Source: Nostoc sp. PCC 7120 = FACHB-418 (GTDB lineage: Bacteria; Cyanobacteriota; Cyanobacteriia; Cyanobacteriales; Nostocaceae). From it: a stretch of 32,000 nt of DNA. The stretch is taken from NCBI RefSeq assembly GCF_000009705.1, contig NC_003272.1, positions 4,770,001-4,802,000 of the forward strand, read 5' to 3'. Under the pieces are notes generated by a model. The model had not been told where the DNA came from. It did no database searches and saw only the letters and a program-made list of their open reading frames with translations. Numbering within the stretch: the stretch's first letter is position 1; the number at the start of each line of letters is the position of its first letter. A program made the position numbers and the translations under genes. Positions 1 through 11,206 of this stretch are shown in pieces.

Positions 1-564
1 GCGATCCGCATGGTAGGAACCGCCCAGGTTAGTGCTACTGCAAGTCAATTGACTTCTCGACGGATCAACAGAACCCCAGAAGAAGCTTTCTTGGGATTTG
101 TGGGCGCGGGACAACCGTTTGAAATTGTGGCTCAGTCTCCTTTCACGCTCCAGTCCTACGCTCACGTTGACCAAACCGCCGTACTGTGGATGTATTGGCA
201 CGATCTAGATAACTGGCCTCACTTCCGGCGTGAAGTGATGGATGCTTTCAGATACCAACACCAGCGTAAGTTGCTGTGGCTTAGTGCCTTGGGACAACGG
301 CGTACAATTGACAGACTCTTAGGATTCCTCACCCTATTGATTGAGGAATATGGAGAACCAGCCATGAGCGACACTGATCCCGATGTCATTCGTGGTTATT
401 GTTTGCCTTTCCCCTTAACCCATGCTCAAATTGGTAGCGCGATCGGTTCAACTCGTGTAACCGTTACTCGTTTAATGGGTAAGTTGCGTCAGCGTGGCTT
501 AATCCTTACTCAAGGGGATAACTTGATTTGTTTGCCAGCAGAGTCAATCAACAGAGCTAGCTAA
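1..564 (+). CDS. Crp/Fnr-family transcriptional regulator (5'-partial; frame is open to the window edge)
   Basis: The C-terminal helix-turn-helix THAQIGSAIGSTRVTVTRLMGKLRQRGLI is typical of Crp/Fnr DNA-binding domains. The reading frame is open from nt 1 (GCG ATC CGC ATG), so the N-terminus may lie outside the window. Confidence 0.7.
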   Translation, partial: AIRMVGTAQVSATASQLTSRRINRTPEEAFLGFVGAGQPFEIVAQSPFTLQSYAHVDQTAVLWMYWHDLDNWPHFRREVMDAFRYQHQRKLLWLSALGQRRTIDRLLGFLTLLIEEYGEPAMSDTDPDVIRGYCLPFPLTHAQIGSAIGSTRVTVTRLMGKLRQRGLILTQGDNLICLPAESINRAS

Positions 565-1188
565 AGCTTCATTGACTGTTTATAGGGCATCTACGGTTGG
601 GAACTACCACTCTGCCAACCAGCAATAGCAGATTTTGGTACATTTTAACGGTCAAGCTCCGCTTATCAGTTCCTACCCCCCGATCAGTCAGCAGTAAGTC
701 GTCGCCAGCAACACTCACTTACTGCTCAGTCTCATCAATCTGTTTGACCACCACAAACAGATTGTGTAATCGGGCAAGTTTTTGTTTAAAAGCTTCAGTG
801 TTCATTTTTTAGCCATCTACAGAGACATTTAGAGAAGAAGATGAGTTCTCAGTATTGAGTGATTTATTTCCCTTCGGTTTGCACCAAAAGCCAAGGGCAA
901 TGTCAACATCGAAGAACCCATCTATGGGATATATGATTTTTCATCGCTTTAAGTATTTATTATCTGACTGGCTCGAATTCAAATCCAGTGCGAGAGTAGG
1001 AACAAGTCACTATTTTAACAAGCTGAACTAGGACATTGCGATCGCTTGATCCCGTTTAAACTAATTACACTAGAGAGCTAAAGAGAGGGCTGGTTGGACT
1101 CTAACAAGTTTATATTGCGTTCCTACGGGAGTGATTAGCGCCACATAGTATATTAATGTCCTCACCATTAGGTGTTCTCGTAGAATAA

Positions 1189-1224
1189 GCTAGCGCCAAC
1201 AAGGAAAAATCCCTTAGCGCTAGC
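1189..1224 (-). terminator. Possible intrinsic terminator downstream of the LysR gene
   Basis: Perfect 8-bp stem GCTAGCGC (1189-1196) / GCGCTAGC (1217-1224) with a 20-nt loop. On the minus strand it is followed by TTATTCT. The tail is weak and the loop is long. Confidence 0.3.
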
Positions 1225-1270
1225 ATTTCTGTTGAGGAGAAGATTACTTTGGCTCACTAAGAACCAAATG

Positions 1271-2293
1271 TTAGCCATCATCGGAAGTGTTGGGAATGGC
1301 TGCATCTAGTACATTTACCACTAGTTTTTTTTGCGCCAGTTTTAACACATCTTGATTCCAGTCAGGAGTAGCGAACTGTGGTAATATCTCTTGGCTAAAA
1401 GCTTCTGCTGCTTTGGATCTGTAACGATTAGGATTGAAAATTAGCCACAGTGTCCGTTTAATGACTACACCGTCAATGGGGGTGCAGTGGAGTACACCCA
1501 TCTGTAATTCTTTAGCGATCGCACTAGTGGAAACAAAAGCTGCACCTAAACCCGACTGCACAGCATTTTTAATTGCTTCAATGGAATTTAACTCCATTTC
1601 AATCTTAAACCGCCTAGTATCAATCTCACTGCGAGATAGGACTTGATCGATAACTTTGCGTATTGTTGACTGAGAATCTAAAGTAATGAATTGTAATTTG
1701 TATAAATCTTCTTTTTGAATGGTGTCCAATTTGGTGAAGGGGTGAAACACTGGAAGAATGAGGGCTAGTTCATCTTCGGCATAGGGAATGATTTCCAAAG
1801 ATTCTGTTAGTTCCCCAGGAATTTCTCCTCCGATAATTGCCAAATCCACTTGTCCGTTAGCCACACTCCAAGCAGTGCGCCGAGTCGAATGGACGTGCAG
1901 TTGTACTGCCACATCAGGGTACTTCTGCCGGAACATCCCAATCATTTTGGGCAGAAGGTATGTTCCAGTGGTTTGAGAAGCACCAACAATTAAAGTACCT
2001 CCTTGGAGATTTTGTAAATCCTCAATAGCACGGCAAGTTTCTTGGCACAAACTGAGGATTTTTTCACCGTAACTCAATAGTAGATGTCCCGCTTCGGTTA
2101 ATTGTGCGCGACGGCCGCCACGGTCAAATAAAGGGACATCCAACTGCCGTTCTAAATTCTGCACTTGCAAACTCACGGCAGGTTGGGAGACATAAAGACT
2201 ATCAGCGGCGCGTTTGAAGCTCCCTTCTACGGCGATCGCTTTGAGAATGCGTAACTGATCTAAAGTGAAAGGAAGGTCAGACATAAGGCTCAA
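1271..2293 (-). CDS. rbcR: LysR-type transcriptional regulator, RbcR/Ycf30 (CbbR) subfamily
   Basis: The N-terminus [45 protein letters not shown] is the LysR wHTH and closely resembles plastid Ycf30 and cyanobacterial RbcR (named PacR in Anabaena). A full LysR substrate-binding domain follows. The start could instead be the second ATG (MSDLPF). Confidence 0.8.
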   Translation of the reverse strand: MSLMSDLPFTLDQLRILKAIAVEGSFKRAADSLYVSQPAVSLQVQNLERQLDVPLFDRGGRRAQLTEAGHLLLSYGEKILSLCQETCRAIEDLQNLQGGTLIVGASQTTGTYLLPKMIGMFRQKYPDVAVQLHVHSTRRTAWSVANGQVDLAIIGGEIPGELTESLEIIPYAEDELALILPVFHPFTKLDTIQKEDLYKLQFITLDSQSTIRKVIDQVLSRSEIDTRRFKIEMELNSIEAIKNAVQSGLGAAFVSTSAIAKELQMGVLHCTPIDGVVIKRTLWLIFNPNRYRSKAAEAFSQEILPQFATPDWNQDVLKLAQKKLVVNVLDAAIPNTSDDG

Positions 2294-2398
2294 CCCACAA
2301 ACTTTGAAAGGAGCAACGTTAGCAATAAATCACGTTTTATAGCTTTGCAACTATTAGTACACGATGGCGCGAATAAAATACCCAATTCTAAATCAGGG

Positions 2399-2419
2399 AA
2401 AGCTTATATTTTAAGCTTT
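2399..2419. promoter_or_regulatory. Dyad-symmetric candidate operator in the divergent LysR/NnrU promoter region
   Basis: AAAGCTTA-TATTT-TAAGCTTT has perfect 8-bp arms and a 5-nt spacer. It lies 106 bp upstream of the LysR start codon. LTTRs commonly autoregulate through dyads in divergent promoters. It does not fit a strict T-N11-A spacing. Confidence 0.25.
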
Positions 2420-2656
2420 GTGAGTTTTGTAAAAATTGGGCGAGACGGAAACCGACACCGCCCAACGTTCCCAGAGGAATTTTGAATTTTAAATTCTGCG
2501 TAGCGTTACTGAGCATGATTTATTGCATCTTATAACTTGGAGGCTGGAATAGAAAAAGACAGTACCACAACAATCTTGTTGAAAGTCTCCTGTTGAATAC
2601 TTTGTGGTATTGGTTGTATGGAATTAACTTTTCTTTAAATTACTTCACCTGTATCT

Positions 2657-3373
2657 ATGATGCTGAATCCTTGGTTGACTCCGAGTCATTTTGTCATGCT
2701 GGGGTTACAATTAACTTTTGCGATCGCCCACAGTGGCGGCGCTGCGTTACGACCTTGGGCAGAAAAGTACACTGGGCCAAGGCTTTATCGCATTTTTTTT
2801 GCATTAGTCAGTCTACCGTTGGCTGTCATATTGATTATTTACTTCTTTAATCACCGTTACGACGGGTTGCAACTTTGGCAGGTACAGAACGTACCAGGAG
2901 TACAGGCTGTAGTTTGGGTATCATCAGCTATTTCATTTTTGTTTTTGTATCCTGCCACCTTCAATCTACTAGAAATTGCGGCTATTCAAAAGCCCCAAGT
3001 ACACTTGTATGAAACAGGAATTATTCGGATTACCCGTCACCCCCAAATGGTAGGACAGGTAATTTGGTGTATTGCTCATACTCTATGGTTAGGTACGAGC
3101 TTTACCCTTGTAACTTCTTTTGGGCTGATTTTGCACCATTTATTTGGAGTTTGGCATGGCGATCGCCGTATGAGCAAGCGTTACGGCGAGGCTTTTGAAA
3201 TTGTGAAACAGCGCACCTCAATCATTCCCTTTGCAGCAATTATTGATGGTCGTCAATCTATCAAGTGGGAAGAATTTATCCGCCCTGCATATTTAGGAGT
3301 TGCTATTTTTGTCGCTTTACTTTGGTGGGCGCACCCCCTGTTGTTTGTAGCAACTAGTAGGTTAGACTGGTAG
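2657..3373 (+). CDS. NnrU-family integral membrane protein
   Basis: Multi-pass hydrophobic protein with an RITRHPQMVGQVIWCIAHTLWLG segment characteristic of NnrU/DUF2306-like proteins. Recognised by eye only. Confidence 0.6.
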   Translation: MMLNPWLTPSHFVMLGLQLTFAIAHSGGAALRPWAEKYTGPRLYRIFFALVSLPLAVILIIYFFNHRYDGLQLWQVQNVPGVQAVVWVSSAISFLFLYPATFNLLEIAAIQKPQVHLYETGIIRITRHPQMVGQVIWCIAHTLWLGTSFTLVTSFGLILHHLFGVWHGDRRMSKRYGEAFEIVKQRTSIIPFAAIIDGRQSIKWEEFIRPAYLGVAIFVALLWWAHPLLFVATSRLDW

Positions 3374-3751
3374 TTTCACATGATCCCCACTATCAGAAGA
3401 AAATACAAACTCAGGGAAAATTTCCACTTATCAATTGCTACCAAATCAATGTAGGATAAATTGAAACAGCTGTTAGTGGGGGTCTGTTGATCCATTTTGC
3501 AATTTTTATAGTGGCACATTGCCGAGCAATCAAATCTCTTGGAGAGTATCCGGCAAAGTAGCCAAAATACTCTTTCTAGTAGAAGCGATCGGGATGACCA
3601 AAGCTTAAAATTGGTTTTTAGAATCTGCTGGCTTTTTTGCCGCAGTCAAAAGCGGTACTGAAATATAGCTGCTATAAAACATTAACTAGCTTGCTAACTT
3701 CTTCTGCTGATAGCTAGTTTGATAGTAAAACCCTATAATTCTAGAGGCGTC

Positions 3752-4138
3752 ATGGTGTTGTCGGTTAGTGAGCGGACATTTACTCAAGAAGTTTTAGAAT
3801 CTCCGGTTCCGGTTTTAGTAAATTTTGAAGCACCCTGGTGTGGATTGTGTCGCATTATCCACCCTTTGTTATTACAATTTCAATCTCAATGCGGCGAACA
3901 AATTAAACTAGTTGGGGTGAACGCTGACGAGAATTTCAAACTTTCTAACACTTATCGTTTAAAGTCTTTGCCCACGTTACTTTTGATTGAAAATGGAATC
4001 GTTCGCCATCGTCTAGAAGGGTTTCGCGGCAGAGATGACCTACGGTTAGCTTTAGAAGAAATCAAACTCAATTATACCAACCGTCCTAAAGCATACACTA
4101 GCTCTAAAACGGCAGACTTAGAATGTCGGACAGCGTGA
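3752..4138 (+). CDS. Thioredoxin with atypical WCGLC active site (cyanobacterial TrxC-like)
   Basis: Thioredoxin fold signature VLVNFEAPWCGLCRIIHP...LPTLLL. The active site is encoded at 3836-3850. I prefer the ATG at 3752 over the TTG at 3719 used by the ORF track, because it gives a canonical thioredoxin N-terminus. Confidence 0.8.
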   Translation: MVLSVSERTFTQEVLESPVPVLVNFEAPWCGLCRIIHPLLLQFQSQCGEQIKLVGVNADENFKLSNTYRLKSLPTLLLIENGIVRHRLEGFRGRDDLRLALEEIKLNYTNRPKAYTSSKTADLECRTA

Positions 4139-4223
4139 TTGGGAATTGGGTATTAAGTTTCGGGTGTTGGGTCAAATCCTTCCCAATTCCCAGTCTCCAG
4201 TCCCCAAATCTAAAACCATGCTT

Positions 4224-4257
4224 AATACCCCACTCAATTGTTATTGGGTGGGGTATT
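4224..4257 (+). terminator. Intrinsic terminator after the thioredoxin gene
   Basis: Perfect 10-bp stem AATACCCCAC (4224-4233) / GTGGGGTATT (4248-4257) with a 14-nt loop. The stem runs into a U-rich tail, TATTTTA. Confidence 0.5.
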
Positions 4258-4334
4258 TTATCCTCAAGGGTGTGTGTCACAATTGTTAACAGTTCCGACA
4301 ATTTAGTCAAGAATCCTAAAAGTACACGTCAGTG

Positions 4335-6425
<2,091 letters not shown>

Positions 6426-6469
6426 TTTGAATCAGGGGGTGGGCGGGTGTCTGCCCCTAAGTTTTTTAA

Positions 6470-6497
6470 GAGTCTAAATTTAGACTCCTTTTTTTTT
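6470..6497 (+). terminator. Intrinsic terminator after ndhF
   Basis: Perfect palindrome GAGTCTAAA/TTTAGACTC (6470-6487) followed by a run of 9 T (6489-6497). Confidence 0.7.
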
Positions 6498-6520
6498 GGC
6501 CAATAGTTGAGTAATTCAAT

Positions 6521-6550
6521 ATTCAAGTCTTCTTTATTCAAGTCTTCTTT
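6521..6550. repeat. Perfect 15-bp tandem duplication (ATTCAAGTCTTCTTT x2)
   Basis: Read directly: 6521-6535 and 6536-6550 are identical. It lies in the ndhF-ndhD spacer. Confidence 0.9.
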
Positions 6551-6832
6551 TACCTCATGCGGTGGTTCAAACATCATCTCAAAACCTACGCGATCGCAAT
6601 CTCTAGAATTTTAGTTTAGCGGCTTTTTGAGGGAAGATTTTTGACTTAGCTGGAAGTATCCCCAATCGATATTCATTACTCCATCAAGTCACAAGACACT
6701 CCCAATGGAAAAATGGGGCATTGCCAATTTGATTAAATCAACCTAACATTCAATGCCAAATCCTCAAAAAGCTGTTAGTTAATAAGCTAGTGGCTCATTG
6801 GCAAACATGAATTTAATAGCAGACGAATTGTG

Positions 6833-8410
6833 ATGAATACAGCTAATTTTCCGTGGCTGACGACAATTATTTTATTACCGATAGCCGCGTCGCTACTGAT
6901 TCCCATCATTCCCGATAAAGATGGCAAAACCATCCGTTGGTACGCTCTGACTGTAGGTTTGATTGATTTCGCTCTCATTGTTTACGCTTTTTATACCAGT
7001 TACGACTTCGCCAACCCCGATTTGCAACTGGTGGAGAGTTACCCCTGGGTTCCGCAGCTAGATTTGAATTGGTCAGTGGGGGCAGATGGCTTGTCTATGC
7101 CCCTGATTATTTTGACTGGATTCATTACCACCCTAGCCACCTTAGCAGCCTGGCCTGTCACCTTAAAGCCCAGGCTATTTTACTTTCTACTCCTGGCTAT
7201 GTATGGCGGTCAAATCGCTGTATTTGCCGTTCAGGATATGCTGCTATTCTTTTTGGTGTGGGAATTGGAATTAATCCCCGTTTACTTACTGCTAGCAATT
7301 TGGGGAGGTAAAAAACGGCAATACGCAGCCACCAAATTTATTTTGTACACGGCTGGCGGTTCGCTATTTATTTTACTGGCATCTTTGACAATGGCCTTTT
7401 ATGGGGATACAGTCACCTTTGATATGCGATCGCTCGCTCTCAAAGATTACGCCCTAAATTTCCAATTGTTGCTATACGCTGGCTTCCTTATTGCCTACGC
7501 CATCAAATTACCCATCATTCCCCTGCATACTTGGTTGCCAGATGCCCACGGCGAAGCTACAGCCCCCGCGCATATGTTGCTGGCAGGTATTTTGCTGAAA
7601 ATGGGTGGTTATGCCCTGATTCGCATGAATGCTGGCATTCTACCTGATGCCCATGCTTATTTCGCCCCTGTGCTGGTTGTCTTGGGGGTAGTTAACATCA
7701 TCTACGCTGCTTTGACATCCTTTGCCCAGCGTAACCTCAAGCGGAAGATTGCCTACTCCTCGATTTCCCACATGGGCTTTGTGATTATCGGGTTTGCTTC
7801 CTTTACCGATTTGGGTTTGAGTGGAGCGGTGTTACAAATGGTGTCCCACGGCTTAATCGGGGCAAGTTTATTCTTCCTCGTCGGTGCGACTTATGACCGG
7901 ACACATACCCTGATGTTAGATGAAATGGGCGGTGTCGGTAAGCGGATGCCCAAAATTTTCGCTATGTTCACAGCTTGTTCAATGGCTTCTTTAGCATTGC
8001 CGGGAATGAGTGGCTTCGTAGCAGAATTAATGGTATTCGTCGGCTTTGCTACCAGCGATGCTTATAGCTCCACATTTAAGGTCATCGTGGTATTCCTCAT
8101 GGCAGTTGGGGTAATTTTAACTCCGATTTATCTCCTGTCCATGTTGCGGGAAATTTTCTACGGCAAAGAAAACGAAGAATTAGTTTCTCATCAGCAACTA
8201 ATAGATGCCGAACCCCGCGAAGTCTTTGTTATTGCTTGTCTACTGGTGCCAATTATTGGTATTGGTTTCTATCCCAAGCTACTAACTCAGATGTACGACG
8301 CTACAACTGTACAACTGACAGCAAGATTACGTGATTCCGTCCCAACTTTGGCACAGGAAAAACAAGAGGTAGCACGAGTTTCTTTAAGTGCGCCAGTAAT
8401 TGGTAATTAA
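6833..8410 (+). CDS. ndhD: NAD(P)H-quinone oxidoreductase (NDH-1) subunit 4, NdhD1-type
   Basis: [24 protein letters not shown]..., [27 protein letters not shown]. It is about 525 aa, the size of NdhD1/D2 rather than the CO2-uptake D3/D4 forms. The ATG at 6833 follows the GTG at 6830. Confidence 0.9.
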   Translation: MNTANFPWLTTIILLPIAASLLIPIIPDKDGKTIRWYALTVGLIDFALIVYAFYTSYDFANPDLQLVESYPWVPQLDLNWSVGADGLSMPLIILTGFITTLATLAAWPVTLKPRLFYFLLLAMYGGQIAVFAVQDMLLFFLVWELELIPVYLLLAIWGGKKRQYAATKFILYTAGGSLFILLASLTMAFYGDTVTFDMRSLALKDYALNFQLLLYAGFLIAYAIKLPIIPLHTWLPDAHGEATAPAHMLLAGILLKMGGYALIRMNAGILPDAHAYFAPVLVVLGVVNIIYAALTSFAQRNLKRKIAYSSISHMGFVIIGFASFTDLGLSGAVLQMVSHGLIGASLFFLVGATYDRTHTLMLDEMGGVGKRMPKIFAMFTACSMASLALPGMSGFVAELMVFVGFATSDAYSSTFKVIVVFLMAVGVILTPIYLLSMLREIFYGKENEELVSHQQLIDAEPREVFVIACLLVPIIGIGFYPKLLTQMYDATTVQLTARLRDSVPTLAQEKQEVARVSLSAPVIGN

Positions 8411-8444
8411 CTGGTGCTTAATCCTTTCTACCTATATTGTTGTA

Positions 8445-8473
8445 AGAGCGGGTATTATACCTGCTCTTTTTTT
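8445..8473 (+). terminator. Intrinsic terminator after ndhD
   Basis: 10-bp stem AGAGCGGGTA/TACCTGCTCT (one G-U pair) with a 3-nt loop, followed by TTTTTT (8468-8473). Confidence 0.7.
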
Positions 8474-8641
8474 ACTACGTAAGGAAAGTATCATCGTAGA
8501 TATTGCTGTTGATAAATAATTCAAATTTATTAATATACTTGAGTGCTGAAGCTAACTCTAAAATATCCCTCACAAAGACTAGTAGAGAAATAAATCAATT
8601 TGTTTTTGACAATCAATCCTATAGAAAATTAGGAATAGGTA

Positions 8642-9379
8642 ATGCGACTTATGTTAAACTACAACCCGTTACACTGTTTACCATCGTCTGAAGAGTTACC
8701 CAATTCTGATGATACGCCTGTGGATAATGAACTACAAGATTTAATTCCTAGCTTGTTGAAGTCAACACTAGCCTTAGTGTGGTCAGATCGTTGGGATTGG
8801 TACTTTGGTGTAAATATGGGTATATATTATGACCCTAACAAGCCTGCCATTGTACCAGATGGTTTTCTCAGCATAGAGGTTAAGCGGTTTATTGATGGGG
8901 ACTTACGCCTAAGTTATGTATTGTGGGAAGAGCAAAAACCACCTGTTTTAGTGGTGGAGGTTGCTTCCCCCAAACATTTGGGAGAATATAGCAGTAAAAA
9001 AGAACTCTATGCCCAAGAATTAGGCATTTTGTACTACGTTGTGTACAATCCTTTTCGACGTAAGAAATCTCCCCTAGAAGTGTATCAGTTAGAAGATGGG
9101 GAATATGTCCTCATGTCAGGAGATCCAATTTGGCTGCCAGAAATTGGTTTAGGAATTGGAAGAGAACGGGGAATTTATCAAGGTATAGCGCGGGAGTGGT
9201 TGTATTGGTATAACGAAAAAGGGGAGAGGTTGCTTACCCCAGAGGAACGTATTTTGGATGCAGAACAAAGGGCAAATTTTGAAGCACAGCGACGTTTAGA
9301 AGCAGAAGAACAAGTCCATATTTTGACAGAAAGATTAAAAAGCTTGGGTTTTGAGCCAGAAACAATGGCTGGAAATTAA
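8642..9379 (+). CDS. Uma2-family (DUF820) PD-(D/E)XK-like endonuclease with C-terminal coiled-coil extension
   Basis: LPNSDDTPVDNELQDLIPSLL...DWYFGVNMGIYYDPNKPAIVPDGFLS...VLWEEQKPPVLVVEVAS matches the Uma2 pattern that is abundant in cyanobacteria. The charged tail EQRANFEAQRRLEAEEQ looks helical. Confidence 0.7.
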   Translation: MRLMLNYNPLHCLPSSEELPNSDDTPVDNELQDLIPSLLKSTLALVWSDRWDWYFGVNMGIYYDPNKPAIVPDGFLSIEVKRFIDGDLRLSYVLWEEQKPPVLVVEVASPKHLGEYSSKKELYAQELGILYYVVYNPFRRKKSPLEVYQLEDGEYVLMSGDPIWLPEIGLGIGRERGIYQGIAREWLYWYNEKGERLLTPEERILDAEQRANFEAQRRLEAEEQVHILTERLKSLGFEPETMAGN

Positions 9380-9477
9380 AAAAAGTGTAAATGGATTGTT
9401 TTCGTCCATGAATTCTCGTCCTTCGTAGAACATCGCATTTAATAATTTCATCATCAGATACTTCTAGTAAGTCTATA

Positions 9478-9511
9478 CTCACGCATCAGTTTTTATCTAT
9501 GCGTGAGTTTT
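9478..9511 (+). terminator. Intrinsic terminator after the Uma2 gene
   Basis: 9-bp stem CTCACGCAT/ATGCGTGAG with a 12-nt loop, followed by TTTT. Confidence 0.5.
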
Positions 9512-9672
9512 AATTTGACTATAATCTAACTTGAGTCTCCAAGGGAGGCGCACGTTAATCTACTTCGATGAAGTTGACTAATGCAATATATTTCATGTTA
9601 ATTGTTTTGATAATTGGGGAAACATATAAATAACAAACTCACTACTTAACAACACAATTACTTAAACTAGGT

Positions 9673-10353
9673 ATGGATATAAAATTAGGGTTCGGCTGTA
9701 TCCCCAAGCCTCAATATATCTTTGTTAGTAAAGAACATGATCACTGTTGGTATACGCTTTCGGATGATACAAAGCCGATTCCCATTTATGACCGAGCTTT
9801 GACAGGCTTAATTACAGGAATTGAAATTGATAAAAAAGTCGAAACTTCTCATGGAGAAAAGGAAAAAACTGACTTACATATTTTGGCAGATAAGCCGTAT
9901 GTTGTACGTTCGGGAAGCGAATCTTACTTTGCTAAAAGTTTGTTACTTTCACTTGATGTTTTGACCTGCGAGCAATTGCGTCATCCTCTAACCATCGCTG
10001 TTAGTCCTGGGGATAAAACAATTGTATTTTGTACAGTCTATAATCCACTAACTTATCGTGCTGTAGGTGTTAGCTGGGATGGACATAAAGAAACAGATTG
10101 GCAAGCTTTAGGGCAGAAAGTTAGTCTAAAAATTAATAATATTCAAAATGTTAATCAAGATTTTACTTCATCTAAGCATCGTGAAGGTTTCATCGCTCAA
10201 ACTGATACATATTTAGCTCAATTAAATTGGAGTCCAGAGCAGGGAAGGGAATTTTTACAGCAAAAGTATGGTAAGCGATCACGCTATCAACTTTCTGAAA
10301 CAGAACTGCTAAATTTTATCGATTATCTCAAGTTACAATTAACCCACAGCTAA
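9673..10353 (+). CDS. Hypothetical protein, 226 aa, no family recognised
   Basis: Long ORF in an otherwise empty interval, with a terminator upstream and a TA pair downstream. It is AT-rich. I found no motifs I can assign. Confidence 0.5.
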   Translation: MDIKLGFGCIPKPQYIFVSKEHDHCWYTLSDDTKPIPIYDRALTGLITGIEIDKKVETSHGEKEKTDLHILADKPYVVRSGSESYFAKSLLLSLDVLTCEQLRHPLTIAVSPGDKTIVFCTVYNPLTYRAVGVSWDGHKETDWQALGQKVSLKINNIQNVNQDFTSSKHREGFIAQTDTYLAQLNWSPEQGREFLQQKYGKRSRYQLSETELLNFIDYLKLQLTHS

Positions 10354-10492
10354 CAAAATTATATAGAATCATCAAACTGTATTAACGTGTATGTTTTCTG
10401 AGTGCGATCGCTTTACTCTCAACTTAGGCGATCGCTACCAATATGACTTATTCTGTATGATCAGGACAAAGCAATTTATATTGGGTTACTAA

Positions 10493-10726
10493 ATGAACTC
10501 AAAAGTTGAATTATTAACTCGCATTACCCAAATTCCTGGTCAATGTGGAGGTCGTCCTTGTATTCGCGGTATGAGAATCCGCGTGAGCGATATTTTAGAA
10601 ATGCTGGGGGAGAATATTAGCGTTTCTGAAATTTTAGAAGATTTTCCCGACCTCGAAGCAAAAGATATTCAAGCTTGTTTGTTGTTTGCTGCACGCCGCA
10701 CTGATTTTCCCCGACTGACAGCATGA
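10493..10726 (+). CDS. DUF433-family antitoxin-like protein
   Basis: ITQIPGQCGGRPCIRGMRIRVSDILEMLGEN.S..EILEDFPDLE..DIQACL is the DUF433 signature. It has a 4-nt ATGA overlap with the next ORF. Confidence 0.75.
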   Translation: MNSKVELLTRITQIPGQCGGRPCIRGMRIRVSDILEMLGENISVSEILEDFPDLEAKDIQACLLFAARRTDFPRLTA

Positions 10727-11064
10727 AAATTTGGATTGATGCTCAATTACCTCCTACATTAGCACGTTGGCTGAGTAAGACGTTCGATGTAGAGACTACT
10801 GCACTGCGAGAACTTGGATTAAGAGATGCTAAAGATGTTGAGATTTTTAATGAAGCACGAGCCGTTAATGCTGTAATTTCGACCAAAGATAGTGACTTTG
10901 TTGATTTAGCTTGTCGGTTAGGAACACCACCGCAAATTCTCTGGCTGACTTGTGGTAACGTCACGAATCGCAATTAGCAGCGAATACTAGCGATCGCTTT
11001 TCCTGATGCACTAGAACAGCTACGACAAGGAGAAGAAATCGTAGAAATTAGCAGTGTTTCATAA
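10723..11064 (+). pseudogene. DUF5615 (Mut7-C/PIN-like) toxin gene interrupted by an in-frame TAG at 10975-10977
   Basis: MKIWIDAQLPPTLARWL...KDSDFVDL...PPQILWLTCGNVTNRN, then a stop, then 28 further in-frame sense codons (QRILAIAFPDALEQLRQGEEIVEISSVS) before a TAA at 11062-11064. The total of about 113 aa matches the usual family length as I recall it. The annotated ORF (10723-10977) gives only 84 aa. Confidence 0.5.
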
Positions 11065-11079
11065 TTTGAATGCAGATGG

Positions 11080-11113
11080 GATGAGTGCTATCACATGATG
11101 AGTGCTATCACAT
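11080..11113. repeat. Perfect 17-bp tandem duplication (GATGAGTGCTATCACAT x2)
   Basis: Read directly: 11080-11096 equals 11097-11113. An 8-bp-stem hairpin follows (GATGTTAG...CTAACATC). Confidence 0.9.
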
Positions 11114-11206
11114 TATGATGTTAGATAGCGTATCTAATACGGAACTAACATCAGGTTTAAAAGTTGTGATGGTATGTACCAAATTATCATTGATGAAAAC
11201 TTACTA

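Noticed and set aside
597-812. 71-aa plus-strand ORF downstream of the Crp-family gene
   Set aside because: The translation is low-complexity and rich in Ser, Thr and Leu. There is no ribosome-binding context and the ORF overlaps hairpin elements, so I treat the region as non-coding.
975-986. GAATTCAAATCC, resembling a tRNA T-loop (GGTTCAAATCC), which might indicate a tRNA gene or an att-site remnant
   Set aside because: The flanking bases do not form a 5-bp T-stem, and no acceptor, D or anticodon arms can be drawn. It is most likely a chance match.
2325-2340. ATAAATCACGTTTTAT as a LysR T-N11-A autoregulatory box
   Set aside because: It is an AT-rich partial dyad (ATAAA-N6-TTTAT), but the spacing does not fit T-N11-A and such sequences are common in AT-rich spacers. 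I mention it only as context for the stronger dyad at 2399-2419.
2593-2850. 85-aa ORF overlapping the NnrU gene start in another frame
   Set aside because: It is out of frame with the convincing NnrU membrane-protein ORF, and its translation is Cys/Trp-rich and implausible.
6787-6978. 63-aa minus-strand ORF over the ndhD start. Similar short ORFs lie at 8503-8691, 9234-9482, 11134-11385, 18923-19177, 20874-21065 and 22912-23136.
   Set aside because: All overlap the starts or ends of well-supported genes or terminator hairpins. They lie in AT-rich spacers where random ORFs of 60-80 codons are expected, and I saw no motifs.
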